NCBI GenBank assembly: GCA_048539495.1
Contig: JBLYPS010000005.1
Span: 11,473-75,472 of the forward strand
Direction of reading: 5' to 3'
Length of the DNA stretch: 64,000 bases
Origin: Dehalococcoidia bacterium
Lineage (GTDB): Bacteria > Chloroflexota > Dehalococcoidia > SZUA-161 > SpSt-899
The notes under the pieces were generated by a model, which saw nothing but the letters and a program-made list of their open reading frames with translations, searched no databases and was not told where the DNA came from. How positions within the stretch are numbered: position 1 is the stretch's first letter; the number at the start of each line of letters is the position of its first letter. The translations under genes and the position numbers were made by a program. Positions 48,733 to 57,916 of the stretch are shown in pieces.

Positions 48733-50371
48733 ATGAAGCTGACGAGAATAAAAGGAATCGCCCTACTTGTGGCTGCGGTATTGTTGCTGACGGGAGCAAT
48801 GGGTGCAATAGCAGCAGGTGGGGAAGAGAGGCGTGAGGAGTTCCGAATGGATGCTCGCTACTGGTGGGAAGCACCACCCTTAACCCCTTATGAGCGTGAG
48901 CAAGTAAGGGGGATAATGGTCTTGATACTTGACCGTTACTTTGGGATTGATGTTTCTACTATGAGCCCAGAGGAGTTCGAGGATTTGGGGAGATCGATAG
49001 GTCCCGAAAGAGAGAAGGAGGCACTTCGCCTCTTCGAGCATTACGCCAAGAAGAAGGGATTTCAAATGCCTGCAGGGATATTTGAAATGCCTGTGGGGAT
49101 CCCTGTTCCCGGGGAGTTCATACCCCCTGCTGAGGTAAGCTACTGGTGGGAATTGGTTGACCCTGAATATCGTGAGGCAAGGATTGCCTTTTTCCAGGAA
49201 ATGTTTCCAGAGGTCAATGTGAGGAATATGACGCCGGAGGAATTTGAACGTCTCCTTAACCCTCCTCCGCCTCCTCTCAGATTGCTGTCGATTGAGGAGA
49301 TGAAGGGGGAACCGGCTGTCATCGCGGTACATGGAAGAGCCCGTTCATACAGCACCCAGGCCGAGATACGAGAATGGCTCAATAGATTGCGTGAAGTGCA
49401 AGAACTCTTCGGTATTCTGAAGGGGCTAACGGGGCCATCGTTCCCTAGAATCACTGCTAGTGTTGATCCTGCCGGTTACGTCGAGGTATCGCTGACTATG
49501 TTCGAAGGCGAAGAAATGACAATTAATGATGCTCTAGCGTATGTGCCCGAAATTTATGCATTAATAGCTGAGAAGGCAGAGACACTCGACATCAAGGATG
49601 TTCCGGTCGTATTTCGCTTGATAAGAATAATGACAGGACTTTAGTACAGCGACCAGTCCAACCATTGAGGTGGCAATAGCTCCGCAGACAACCCTCCTGG
49701 GTTATGGCGCAAGATATCGCCCTATAATTGGCGGAATTCAGAAGCAGACACGTATTGCGTGGAGATTATCGACAATAGGCTTCGCAGTTCGGCGTCCAAT
49801 CCCGTGGTGGCCTGATGATCTAGACTATGTCATCACCGGACACCTTGGCCCTAGCAATACGCGAACGCCTGTAAATACGCAGATATACCAGCCAACAGTA
49901 GCGTCGGGAAACGAAGTCGGCAGGGTTGCAGCCGTTGCAAGCATGAATGGCTTTGCGGATGTAGCTCGGGTAGCCATTGACAATTGGCATGTCGCCCCAT
50001 ATATCCATATCGGAGGTGGGCACACGGTAGCCGTAAGGGCTTGGGGAGATCCAGTTGAGCACCAGTGGGTCAGTAAATCTGGAATCGCAACCGGCGTTAC
50101 TATTGGGCGGGTAATTAGAACAGGTGTTCCAGAGAACAACCTTGCCTTCGGCACTCTCCAAAACCAGGTTAGAGTAGCTTTTAGAATGACTCCCGGAGAC
50201 AGTGGCGCCCCCGTTTACAGACACAGGAACGGCTGGGCCGAGGGGGTGGAGATACTAGGGATCCTCTGGGGTTGGGCAGAGGATGGGGCAGGCAACTTTT
50301 TATACTCCATCTTTTCACCAACATCGGGAGTAAGAGCTGAACTACCAGGATGGCAACCGCACACGAAATAA
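48733..50371 (+). pseudogene. Secreted S1 protease paralog A, split by one extra base at ~49639-49642
   Basis: Signal peptide, YWWE repeats and DVPVVF prodomain; removing one T from CTTTAG joins it to RYRPIIGG...TGHLG...FADVARV...PGDSGAP. Confidence 0.85.
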
Positions 50372-50450
50372 TTTGCCGTCGTCCCCAATATGGAAAACCT
50401 TAGGGGAAATCCTGGGGCATAATACTTGAGGTTGTTTCAACGGTTCGGAA

Positions 50451-50515
50451 GACACAATACCTATTTCTTCCAAGGCGAGCGAGTTGCCCGCCGATGGTGA
50501 GATAGGTATTGTGTC
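50451..50515. repeat. 65-bp MITE-like element with 14-bp perfect terminal inverted repeats
   Basis: GACACAATACCTAT ... ATAGGTATTGTGTC. Confidence 0.65.
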
Positions 50516-50576
50516 CCGGGTTTCGATAACGTTATAATCAACACGGCAGCAATATTAAGCTGTCGGAGGTTGCCAG

Positions 50577-51137
50577 GTGCAAGATGAACAGGATATTGTC
50601 CACCGGGCGCAAAGGGGAGACAAAGAGGCTTTGGCGCAACTTTACGAGACCCATTTTGACAAGGTGTATCGTTACGTAAGGCTCAGAATAGGAAACCGGA
50701 CAGAGGCAGAGGACGTTACCCAGCAGGTCTTTCTGAAGGCAGTTGGGTTTATTTCCACCTTCAAGTGGAAGGGCATACCCTTCGCTGCCTGGTTATTTCG
50801 TATTGCTCACAATGAGGTGGCCGACCATTGGAGAAAGGAAAGCAAGCAGGGAACGGTTCCTCTTAACGAATCGCTGACGAGAGCCAACAGTAGCGCCGGC
50901 AACCCGCATTTGGTGGCAGAACACCAGTCGGATATTGAGCAGCTAATGACAGCGACGAAGAGGCTGACTAAGGCACAGCGCGAGGTGATTTCCCTTCGCT
51001 TTGCCAGTGAGTTGTCTATCGCACAGGTGGCAAGTGTTATGGGTAAAAGTCAGGGGGCGGTGAAGGCATTGCAGCATAGTGCGATTGTCGCTTTGCGCGA
51101 AGCACTGTTAGTGGGAGAGGATAATGAAGAGAGGTAA
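50577..51137 (+). CDS. ECF sigma factor (sigma-1', near-identical duplicate of 47059-47619)
   Basis: Same length with only a few substitutions (DI>DV, GS>GF, TG>NS); DNA 47012-47629 aligns with 50530-51147. Confidence 0.9.
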   Translation: MQDEQDIVHRAQRGDKEALAQLYETHFDKVYRYVRLRIGNRTEAEDVTQQVFLKAVGFISTFKWKGIPFAAWLFRIAHNEVADHWRKESKQGTVPLNESLTRANSSAGNPHLVAEHQSDIEQLMTATKRLTKAQREVISLRFASELSIAQVASVMGKSQGAVKALQHSAIVALREALLVGEDNEER

Positions 51138-51147
51138 AGAAAACATC
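51124..51147 (+). pseudogene. Anti-sigma 5' stub (MKRGKEN) cut off by the repeat element
   Basis: Matches MKRGKEDI at 47606, then switches to the 110-bp repeat. Confidence 0.75.
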
Positions 51148-51152
51148 TCCGT

Positions 51153-51263
51153 GCAGCAATTCTCTCCTGACAAAAGCCCATCTGGCATCTGCCGAATTCT
51201 CAAGCTTCTTGGGGTAGGGGCGAATTTATTCACTCTGTCGGGGGAGGCTAAAGCCTCCCCTAC
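51153..51263 (+). repeat. Second copy of the ~110-bp REP-containing element
   Basis: Aligns with 46810-46922; GTAG at 51214. Confidence 0.85.
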
Positions 51264-51299
51264 ACATAGAACTACTACCTCACTGCACGGGAAAGGCCG

Positions 51300-52613
51300 T
51301 TATTGCGCTGGGTCTGAGATTGAACCGCTCTTTGCCATCTCACGCATCCTGTCGATGAGCCGCTCGTTATAGGGCAGCAGCGCCATCGCGGTAGTCCTAG
51401 AATCGGAGGGCCCCAGCCTGTCCCCGTGAAAAGTAACATAGGCGGCGATTCCACCGTCGGGGTTCTGCATACTCCACAGCCTGGCCTCAATCTGAGGACA
51501 GTCGATTGGTATATCCAGAACCCTGCTGGCGTAGAGAATCAGGGCCAGCTTATGGGTGGCATAGATACCCTCTCTCCTGGTCGCGGCATCGTATATTCCC
51601 TTCCCATCCCACATCGAATATGCCTGATGGAAGTACTTCCTCGCCGCCTCTCCCTCGCCGCGCAGGTGTTGATTCAGCGATTGATAGATGAGCATGTCGC
51701 CGTAATCCTGCCAGGATAGCGGCATCGGCGAATCGTGGAATCGGGCGATAATCAGGAACTCGGCCTCCCTGGCCACCACAACCTCATTGGCGATGGAGAT
51801 ATCCCTCGGTATCGGCTCGCCAAAGAGAACCTCAAATAGCCGGCTCGGCCGCTGGGCGTAGCGCCGCAGTGTTTGCGCTATCTCTTGAGCCATCTCCGCA
51901 TCGAACGGCTGGAGGACATACGAGGCGATCAGGTTATCGGGATAGAGCCAGTATATCTGGTCATAACGATATTGCCGGCTACCCACCATCCTGAAGCCAG
52001 GTTCCTTGCTCTGAAAGATAAGCCCAACCTCGGGATTGAAGCTGGACCTGAGGTAATCCACCGCCCTGGCGATTTGCTGGTCGCGGTCCACTTTGTCGGC
52101 AAGTGCAACCTCCGCGCCTTTTACTGGTGCGGCGTCAAGTCCAGCCACCTCAACCAAGCGCTCGATTTGGGGCGGCTCCGATACTGGTGCTACTTCCATT
52201 TCCTCGTCCACGTCCTTCTCGATCAATCCCACCCCCACCGGGGCCGGTGCGATCATCCGCGGGACGATGAGGGCCAGGGCCACCACCAGAAAGATGGATA
52301 GTCCCGCCGCCAGCGCCGGGCGATGCCGCAACCATAGCGCCGAGAAGGCTCCGGTGATGACGGAGATCCAACCTGGTGACCTCTCCAGTTCTACTCTCTG
52401 CAGGCGAACAAGGAAACCGGGAGCCGGCTCGATGCTTTCCCAGTATCGGGGAACCTCTTGCCTCAAGCGGACATCCAGTTTGCTGACGCTCTCCAGTTCA
52501 TTAGCGCAATCCTGGCAACTCTGGAGATGCCCCTCAAAGGCATTGAGGTCATTGCCCCGGAAGGCGCCGGCTAAGTATTCTGCCAATCTCTCCCTGACCT
52601 GGTGACACTTCAT
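51300..52613 (-). CDS. Zinc-finger (zf-HC2/ZAS) membrane anti-sigma factor with a large extracytoplasmic domain
   Basis: MKCHQVRERL...HLQSCQDC (HxxxCxxC), TM helix ALAAGLSIFLVVALALIV, and a helical C-domain with LWSMQNPDGG; TAATG coupling to sigma-3. Confidence 0.85.
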   Translation of the reverse strand: MKCHQVRERLAEYLAGAFRGNDLNAFEGHLQSCQDCANELESVSKLDVRLRQEVPRYWESIEPAPGFLVRLQRVELERSPGWISVITGAFSALWLRHRPALAAGLSIFLVVALALIVPRMIAPAPVGVGLIEKDVDEEMEVAPVSEPPQIERLVEVAGLDAAPVKGAEVALADKVDRDQQIARAVDYLRSSFNPEVGLIFQSKEPGFRMVGSRQYRYDQIYWLYPDNLIASYVLQPFDAEMAQEIAQTLRRYAQRPSRLFEVLFGEPIPRDISIANEVVVAREAEFLIIARFHDSPMPLSWQDYGDMLIYQSLNQHLRGEGEAARKYFHQAYSMWDGKGIYDAATRREGIYATHKLALILYASRVLDIPIDCPQIEARLWSMQNPDGGIAAYVTFHGDRLGPSDSRTTAMALLPYNERLIDRMREMAKSGSISDPAQ

Positions 52614-53182
52614 TATCTATCACCCCCCTCTAAATATAGACGTAACAAGCGGTATGATTCGCTCAGTATCCTTCTTACGGTTCCCACAGGACGGTTCAAG
52701 GTACGGGCTATTTCATCGGTGGAGGCATCCTCGGAGTAGTGCAGCATGATGACCAGGCGGTGCAGCTCCGGCAGCCTGGTGATCGCTTCATGAAGGTCGA
52801 GGGCAAAATCCTGTCTGCTCTCCGCAGGATTATGAGACATCGCCGTTTTGTGTATGGAGATGGTGGCTTCGACAGCCTTGCGCTCTCGCTGCCTCTTGCG
52901 CAGGAGGTCATAGGCCCTGGTGGTAACTATGCGGCCGAGCCAGGAGCCAAAGGAGCCCTCCTTCTCCAGTTTCTTGATAGACTTATAGGCGGTGATGAAG
53001 GCTTCCTGCACCGTGTCCTCGGCGTCGCTCTGGTTCCGGAGGATGGCGAAGGCAATACGGTAGGCTCGCGGTGCATGAGTCTCCATCAGTTGCCCGAAAG
53101 CCTCCCTGTCGCCTGCCCTGGCCCGGCGAATCAAGGTTATTTCTTCATGGAGGAAGTTCTCGTTCAATAGATCTGCCTTCAA
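52613..53182 (-). CDS. ECF sigma factor (sigma-3)
   Basis: DAEDTVQEAFITAY, SFGSWLGRIV, LPELHRLVIMLHY and PVGTVRR. Confidence 0.92.
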   Translation of the reverse strand: MKADLLNENFLHEEITLIRRARAGDREAFGQLMETHAPRAYRIAFAILRNQSDAEDTVQEAFITAYKSIKKLEKEGSFGSWLGRIVTTRAYDLLRKRQRERKAVEATISIHKTAMSHNPAESRQDFALDLHEAITRLPELHRLVIMLHYSEDASTDEIARTLNRPVGTVRRILSESYRLLRLYLEGGDR

Positions 53183-53233
53183 GAAACCCTTCTGCTGAGA
53201 TTATACGCCAGTGCGGAAAGCAATCGCAAGCGG

Positions 53234-53299
53234 GTGAGCAGAACCGGTCGTTCCAAGCGTCTTAAATATACCTAACTTTTTGGCGTCTGCTTCGTTATA
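53234..53299 (+). promoter_or_regulatory. Tandem ECF-type promoters P2 then P1
   Basis: GTGAGCA-N17-CGTC (53234-53261) followed by CCTAAC-N16-CGTTATA (53271-53299). Confidence 0.7.
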
Positions 53300-53441
53300 T
53301 ATTATAGAGGGGCAAAAATGTGGATAAGGTATGGGGGCAAACGGGGAAGTGGGGGGTGTGCTTTCAGGAGGTGATAACGATGTAAGAATGAGATCGAGTA
53401 GGGGGCGACTCCAGGGAAGAAGAAAAAGGAGGGAAAAGAAA

Positions 53442-54419
53442 ATGAAAAAATGGTGGTTAGTGATCAGTCTGGTAGTCGTGATTGCCATGCTCGGTGCGGG
53501 GGGGCTTGTGGCTTTCCATGGTAATCAGCAGGTGGCGGATTATGGCTACGGTGCTGAGGTAGATGGTGATGTCACCGCTGAGGGGGATACTAATCTGGCC
53601 GCTGAGGAACTAACACTAACAGCACTAACATCTGATGTCTACATGCCTAACCCCGAGCACACGAAAGCCTATGAAAAACTGTTTGAGGCTATACCTTATA
53701 TGAACGCCCAAGGTATACCTGTGGTAGATTTTTGCCGACGCCACTGTGGGACAGACCCCGAGACGGGCGCCACTCAGATCATGGTTATCTTGGTAGGGCT
53801 CAGAGAGGTGAGGGACGAGTATAAAGAGGCCATAAAAGCGATAGTGGAGGGCGTTGATGGCATAGAATTCGACTTCTTCCAGGCCGAATTTACCAGGGAG
53901 GAAATTTGGGGCTGGCAAGATAAGATTTGGGGAACATTCTCACGTCCCTGGGACCTTCCGCCGGGCATAATAGAGGTTCCTGTATCCGGGACAAGCTCAT
54001 CATGGAGGGATCAGATAATAGGGGTTCAACTTGCTGGGGAGGTAAGGCCAGAGTATATCGAGGCCATTAAAGCCGTAGTTGGCAACGAAGCTCCGCTCAA
54101 CTTTCAGGGCGGAGGCTCCGTGCGTCACCACACCCGCTATTGGCAAGAAAAGTGGGACCCTGATGAGATGATGGAAAAACAAGTGATGTTGCATGTCTTT
54201 GCGCTGCTCTTTCCCGACGTTGAGTTATCGAGTATGCGCATCGGGGAAGTTGAGGAGTTCATTAAGGGATTAAGCGTCGAGGAAGCAACAGAGCTTATTC
54301 GCAAGCTCCTTGATTATGCCCTTGAGCGAGGGTTAGTAACGCCGTTAGTAACCCCGGAGGAGCGGCAGGAATTAGAAGAAGAAATGCTGCAACATTGGCT
54401 GGAATGGAGGCAAGAGTAG
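53442..54419 (+). CDS. Secreted or membrane-anchored protein with two prodomain-like modules and a C-terminal RYW domain; no protease domain
   Basis: N-terminal hydrophobic helix; repeats EYKEAIKAIV and EYIEAIKAVV; the C-terminal RYWQE...LFPDVELSSM...E aligns by eye with RYWWE...YFGIDVSTMSPEEFE. Confidence 0.75.
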   Translation: MKKWWLVISLVVVIAMLGAGGLVAFHGNQQVADYGYGAEVDGDVTAEGDTNLAAEELTLTALTSDVYMPNPEHTKAYEKLFEAIPYMNAQGIPVVDFCRRHCGTDPETGATQIMVILVGLREVRDEYKEAIKAIVEGVDGIEFDFFQAEFTREEIWGWQDKIWGTFSRPWDLPPGIIEVPVSGTSSSWRDQIIGVQLAGEVRPEYIEAIKAVVGNEAPLNFQGGGSVRHHTRYWQEKWDPDEMMEKQVMLHVFALLFPDVELSSMRIGEVEEFIKGLSVEEATELIRKLLDYALERGLVTPLVTPEERQELEEEMLQHWLEWRQE

Positions 54420-54585
54420 ATGGAATCGTTGTCTCTTTCGTTATATATTATAGAGGGGCAAATCATGGTCGCCACGAAGGGAGGTGAGCGCCAGTGATGA
54501 TAAGCTAAATGTGGTCAGGTGAGCTGGGAGTTCGTCCACACTCACAAAAAGTGGGCAAAAACATAAGAAACGGAGGGTAACAAAA

Positions 54586-56338
54586 ATGAAACTGAAGGGA
54601 ATAAAAGGGATCGCCTTGCTTGTGACTGCGCTGACCTTGCTGGTAGCACCACTGGCTGCAATAGCAGGAGAGGGTATTAATGGGGAATTCAGACCGACGA
54701 CAGGGGAAGGATGGGAATGGGACGCTCGCTATTGGTGGGAAGTGCCGCCTTTAACTGCTTATGAGCGTGAGCAGATGAGGGAGATAATGACCCTGATATT
54801 TGACCGTTACTTCGGAATTGATATCAGCAGGATGAGCCCACAAGAATTTGAGGACGTCGGGACATCGATAGGTCTTGAAGGAGAGAAGAAGGCACTTCGC
54901 CTCTTTGAGCATTACGCCAGGGAGAGGGGATTTCAAATGCCTGCAGGGATATTTGAAATGCCTGGGGAGAGACCCATTCCCGGGGAGTTTATACTCCCGG
55001 TTGATGTAACCTACTGGTGGGAACTGATATACCCTCAATACCGCGAGAAGGAGATTGCCATAATGCTACAGCTTCATCCAGAGCTCAATCGTTATGATCT
55101 GCTGAATATGACGCTGGAGGAGTTTCAACGTCTCCTTAACCCACCTCCGCCTCCTTTGAGATTAAGATTGGTCACGAGAGAAGAGATAGAAGAGTTGGTC
55201 GCGAGAAACCCCTATGTCATTGCAGTATACGGAAAGCTCCGAGCGTATGATACCCAGGCTGAGATAAAAGAGTGGCTCGAGAGATTGGAGGAAGTGCAGG
55301 ACCTTGCGCTCATCCTTATTCTTGAACTAACCACGGCACCACTCACTTCCCTTGGCGTTGGTGCGGGTTACATCTCAGTAGGGTTGTGTATGGACACAGT
55401 GACCGCTGATGAGGCTCTTCTACGGTATGTGCCTGAAGTTCATGCCGTGATATCTGAGGAGGCGGAGACATTCGGCATCTACGATGTTCCCGTAAAATTT
55501 TCGCTTGGCGGACGCATACGATTCGATCTAGGGTACGATATAGGGTGCATAGCGGTACATGCGGATGTTGCAACTCAATCGGGGGCAGTTAGCTCCGCTC
55601 CCGGTTGGTGGCCCTTCCCAGGTCGCATCCCAACTGATCCGAGAGACCACCCCCATGCTCTCATAATTGGTGGGCTTCGCCATGCGATACGCGGGGAGAC
55701 AGGATGGGCCACAACAAGGCTTCGTAGTGCAAAGGCCAATCCCCTTCTGGTGGGATGATGAGGACTATCTCATCACTGGACACTTTGGTCCTGGCAGATT
55801 GCCCGGTACAACCCCTGTAAATCGGGTCGTGTACCAACCAGGGCATCCGCACAACGCCGGGCAGGTTGCAGCAGTCGCACCGTTGGGTGGTTTTGCGGAT
55901 GTAGCCCGAGTGGCAATTGCCGACAGGCGTGTCAACCCCCCATATGTCCATCTGGGGGATCCCGGAATGGATGGCAAAAAGCCAGTTCTCGGCTGGCTGG
56001 ATGATGTACACCGGCAACACGAGCTCTGGATGTCTGGGGCAAGGAGTGGCCTACAATTTGGGCGCGTACATTGGACAAGGAGAGACATAGTTTGCCCCGT
56101 CCGAGGAACTTTTCTCCGGGATCAGGTCTGGGCAGATTATCATGCCGATCCTGGAGATAGTGGCGCTCCCATTCTCCACCCTATGTCAAGGATCGTTGGC
56201 GGCGAGATAACGCGAGGAGTGGCAGTATTAGGAATCCACTCCGGTAGAAAAGTGTACCAAGGTAGGGTATATCGCTTCTTTTCCCCAATATCTGGGATAA
56301 GAACTGAACTGCCAGGATGGTATCCATACACGAGATGA
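54586..56338 (+). pseudogene. Secreted S1 protease paralog B, split by one extra A at ~55716
   Basis: ACAACAAGGCTTC versus ACAACAGGCTTC (TTGF, as in paralog E); triad motifs TGHFG, FADVARV and PGDSGAP are intact. Confidence 0.85.
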
Positions 56339-56419
56339 TTTGCCGCTGTCCTTGACCGAGGGGCATTAATAATTGACCCCAGAGCTATATACGCTGACGC
56401 AGAAAAACGAGCGCAAGTG

Positions 56420-56447
56420 ATGAGCAGAATTATGTGTTCCAGACGTC
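56420..56447 (+). promoter_or_regulatory. ECF-type promoter, class P2
   Basis: ATGAGCA-N17-CGTC upstream of paralog C. Confidence 0.6.
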
Positions 56448-56585
56448 TCACATATAGAGGCCAACATACCAGTGCCCGCCTCGCTTTTGATGGAAGGGGG
56501 CGATGGTTATGTGAAAACGAAACTATAACGGGGAGCTCGTCCACACTCGCAAAAAAGTGGATAAATACAAGGGAGAGTAACAACA

Positions 56586-57638
56586 ATGAGACCGAAGGGA
56601 ATAAAAGGGATCGCTTTACTCGTCGCTGCGGTATTGCTGCTGGTGATTCCAATGGTTGCAATACCGGCAGCAGGTGGGGAAGAGAGGGGGGAGGGGTTCC
56701 GAGTGGATGCTCGCTATTGGTGGGAAGACCCGTATTTGACTGCTTATGAGCGTGAGCAGGTAAAGGAGATAATGGTTTTGGTATTTGACCGTTACTTCGG
56801 GACCGATGTCTCTGCTATGAGCCCTGAGGAATTCGAGGAGGTAGTGTTATCGGTAGGACCTGAACCTGAGGAGATATTCCGTCTGTTTACGCAATATGCG
56901 GAGAAAAGAGGGTTTGAAATCCCTGGGGAAATACCTGAGGAAGTACCTGACCCCCCTGTGGAGGACCGATGCGCGTATATTGCTCGTATAATGGCTGCCG
57001 ATGTAAGGTATCGGGAGTTATCGCCTGCCGATGTAACCTATTGGTGGGAACTGGTGGGGACTGAATGCCGTGAGGCAACAGTTGCGGCGGTGCGGGAACT
57101 GTTCCCCGAGATAGATGTGGTAGATGTGGTGAGTATGTCACCTGATGAACTGAATCTCCTGCTTAATCCCCCTCCTCCTCCACTTAGGCTGTTATCCATT
57201 GAGGAGAGAAGGGAGAAGCGCCCAACCACCATTATTGCGATATACGGAAGGCCCCGCACATATGAAAGTGAGGTTGAGGTGCGCGAGTGGCTTGGCAGAT
57301 TGCGAGGCATAGAGGAGAAAATCTTTCCCTGGGCTTACGATAACACAGGCAAGGTAATCATGTTTGGAGTTTGTCACGCCGGCTACCTCAGTGTGGGGTT
57401 GAATTTAGATAGGCTGACGAGAGATGAGGCTTTGGCATTTGCCGCCGAAGCATATCCGATACTAGCTGAAATGGCAAAGGCGGCGGGTGTCGACGATGTT
57501 CCGGTCGTATTCGAGCTCTGGGCAATAAGGACTACTACATTACGGCATGAAAGAATCCGTCCCATAGACGGCGGGATTCGGATGAGCAGGCAACTGGCTG
57601 ATTACTGCCTTCTCACCAATGACTGGGGTAACAAATGA
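56586..57638 (+). pseudogene. Paralog C: prodomain only, protease domain replaced by unrelated sequence
   Basis: Homology ends at RHERIRPIDGGIRM (~57585); 57590-57868 is unrelated sequence. Confidence 0.8.
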
Positions 57639-57916
57639 GCTGGATCCCTTCATTCCCTATACAATTTTCTGTCCGTAGGAGAATTGAGATGCTGGCTCCT
57701 CGGTGAGTGTAGAGGGGCCAGTATCTTTCTTTTGCAATGAAAATAAGGCAGAGAGCTGGAGGAATTGCCACAAAACAACGCAGTTAAAACCTTTGAGAAG
57801 ACCAAGCTGGTAGTTTGGGGTACAACTAACTCTGAGCGGGATTGCCTGTTCCACATGTCTTGTATACAACACTCGCAAAAAGCGGGCAAGAAACTAAGAA
57901 ACGGAGGGTAACAAGA

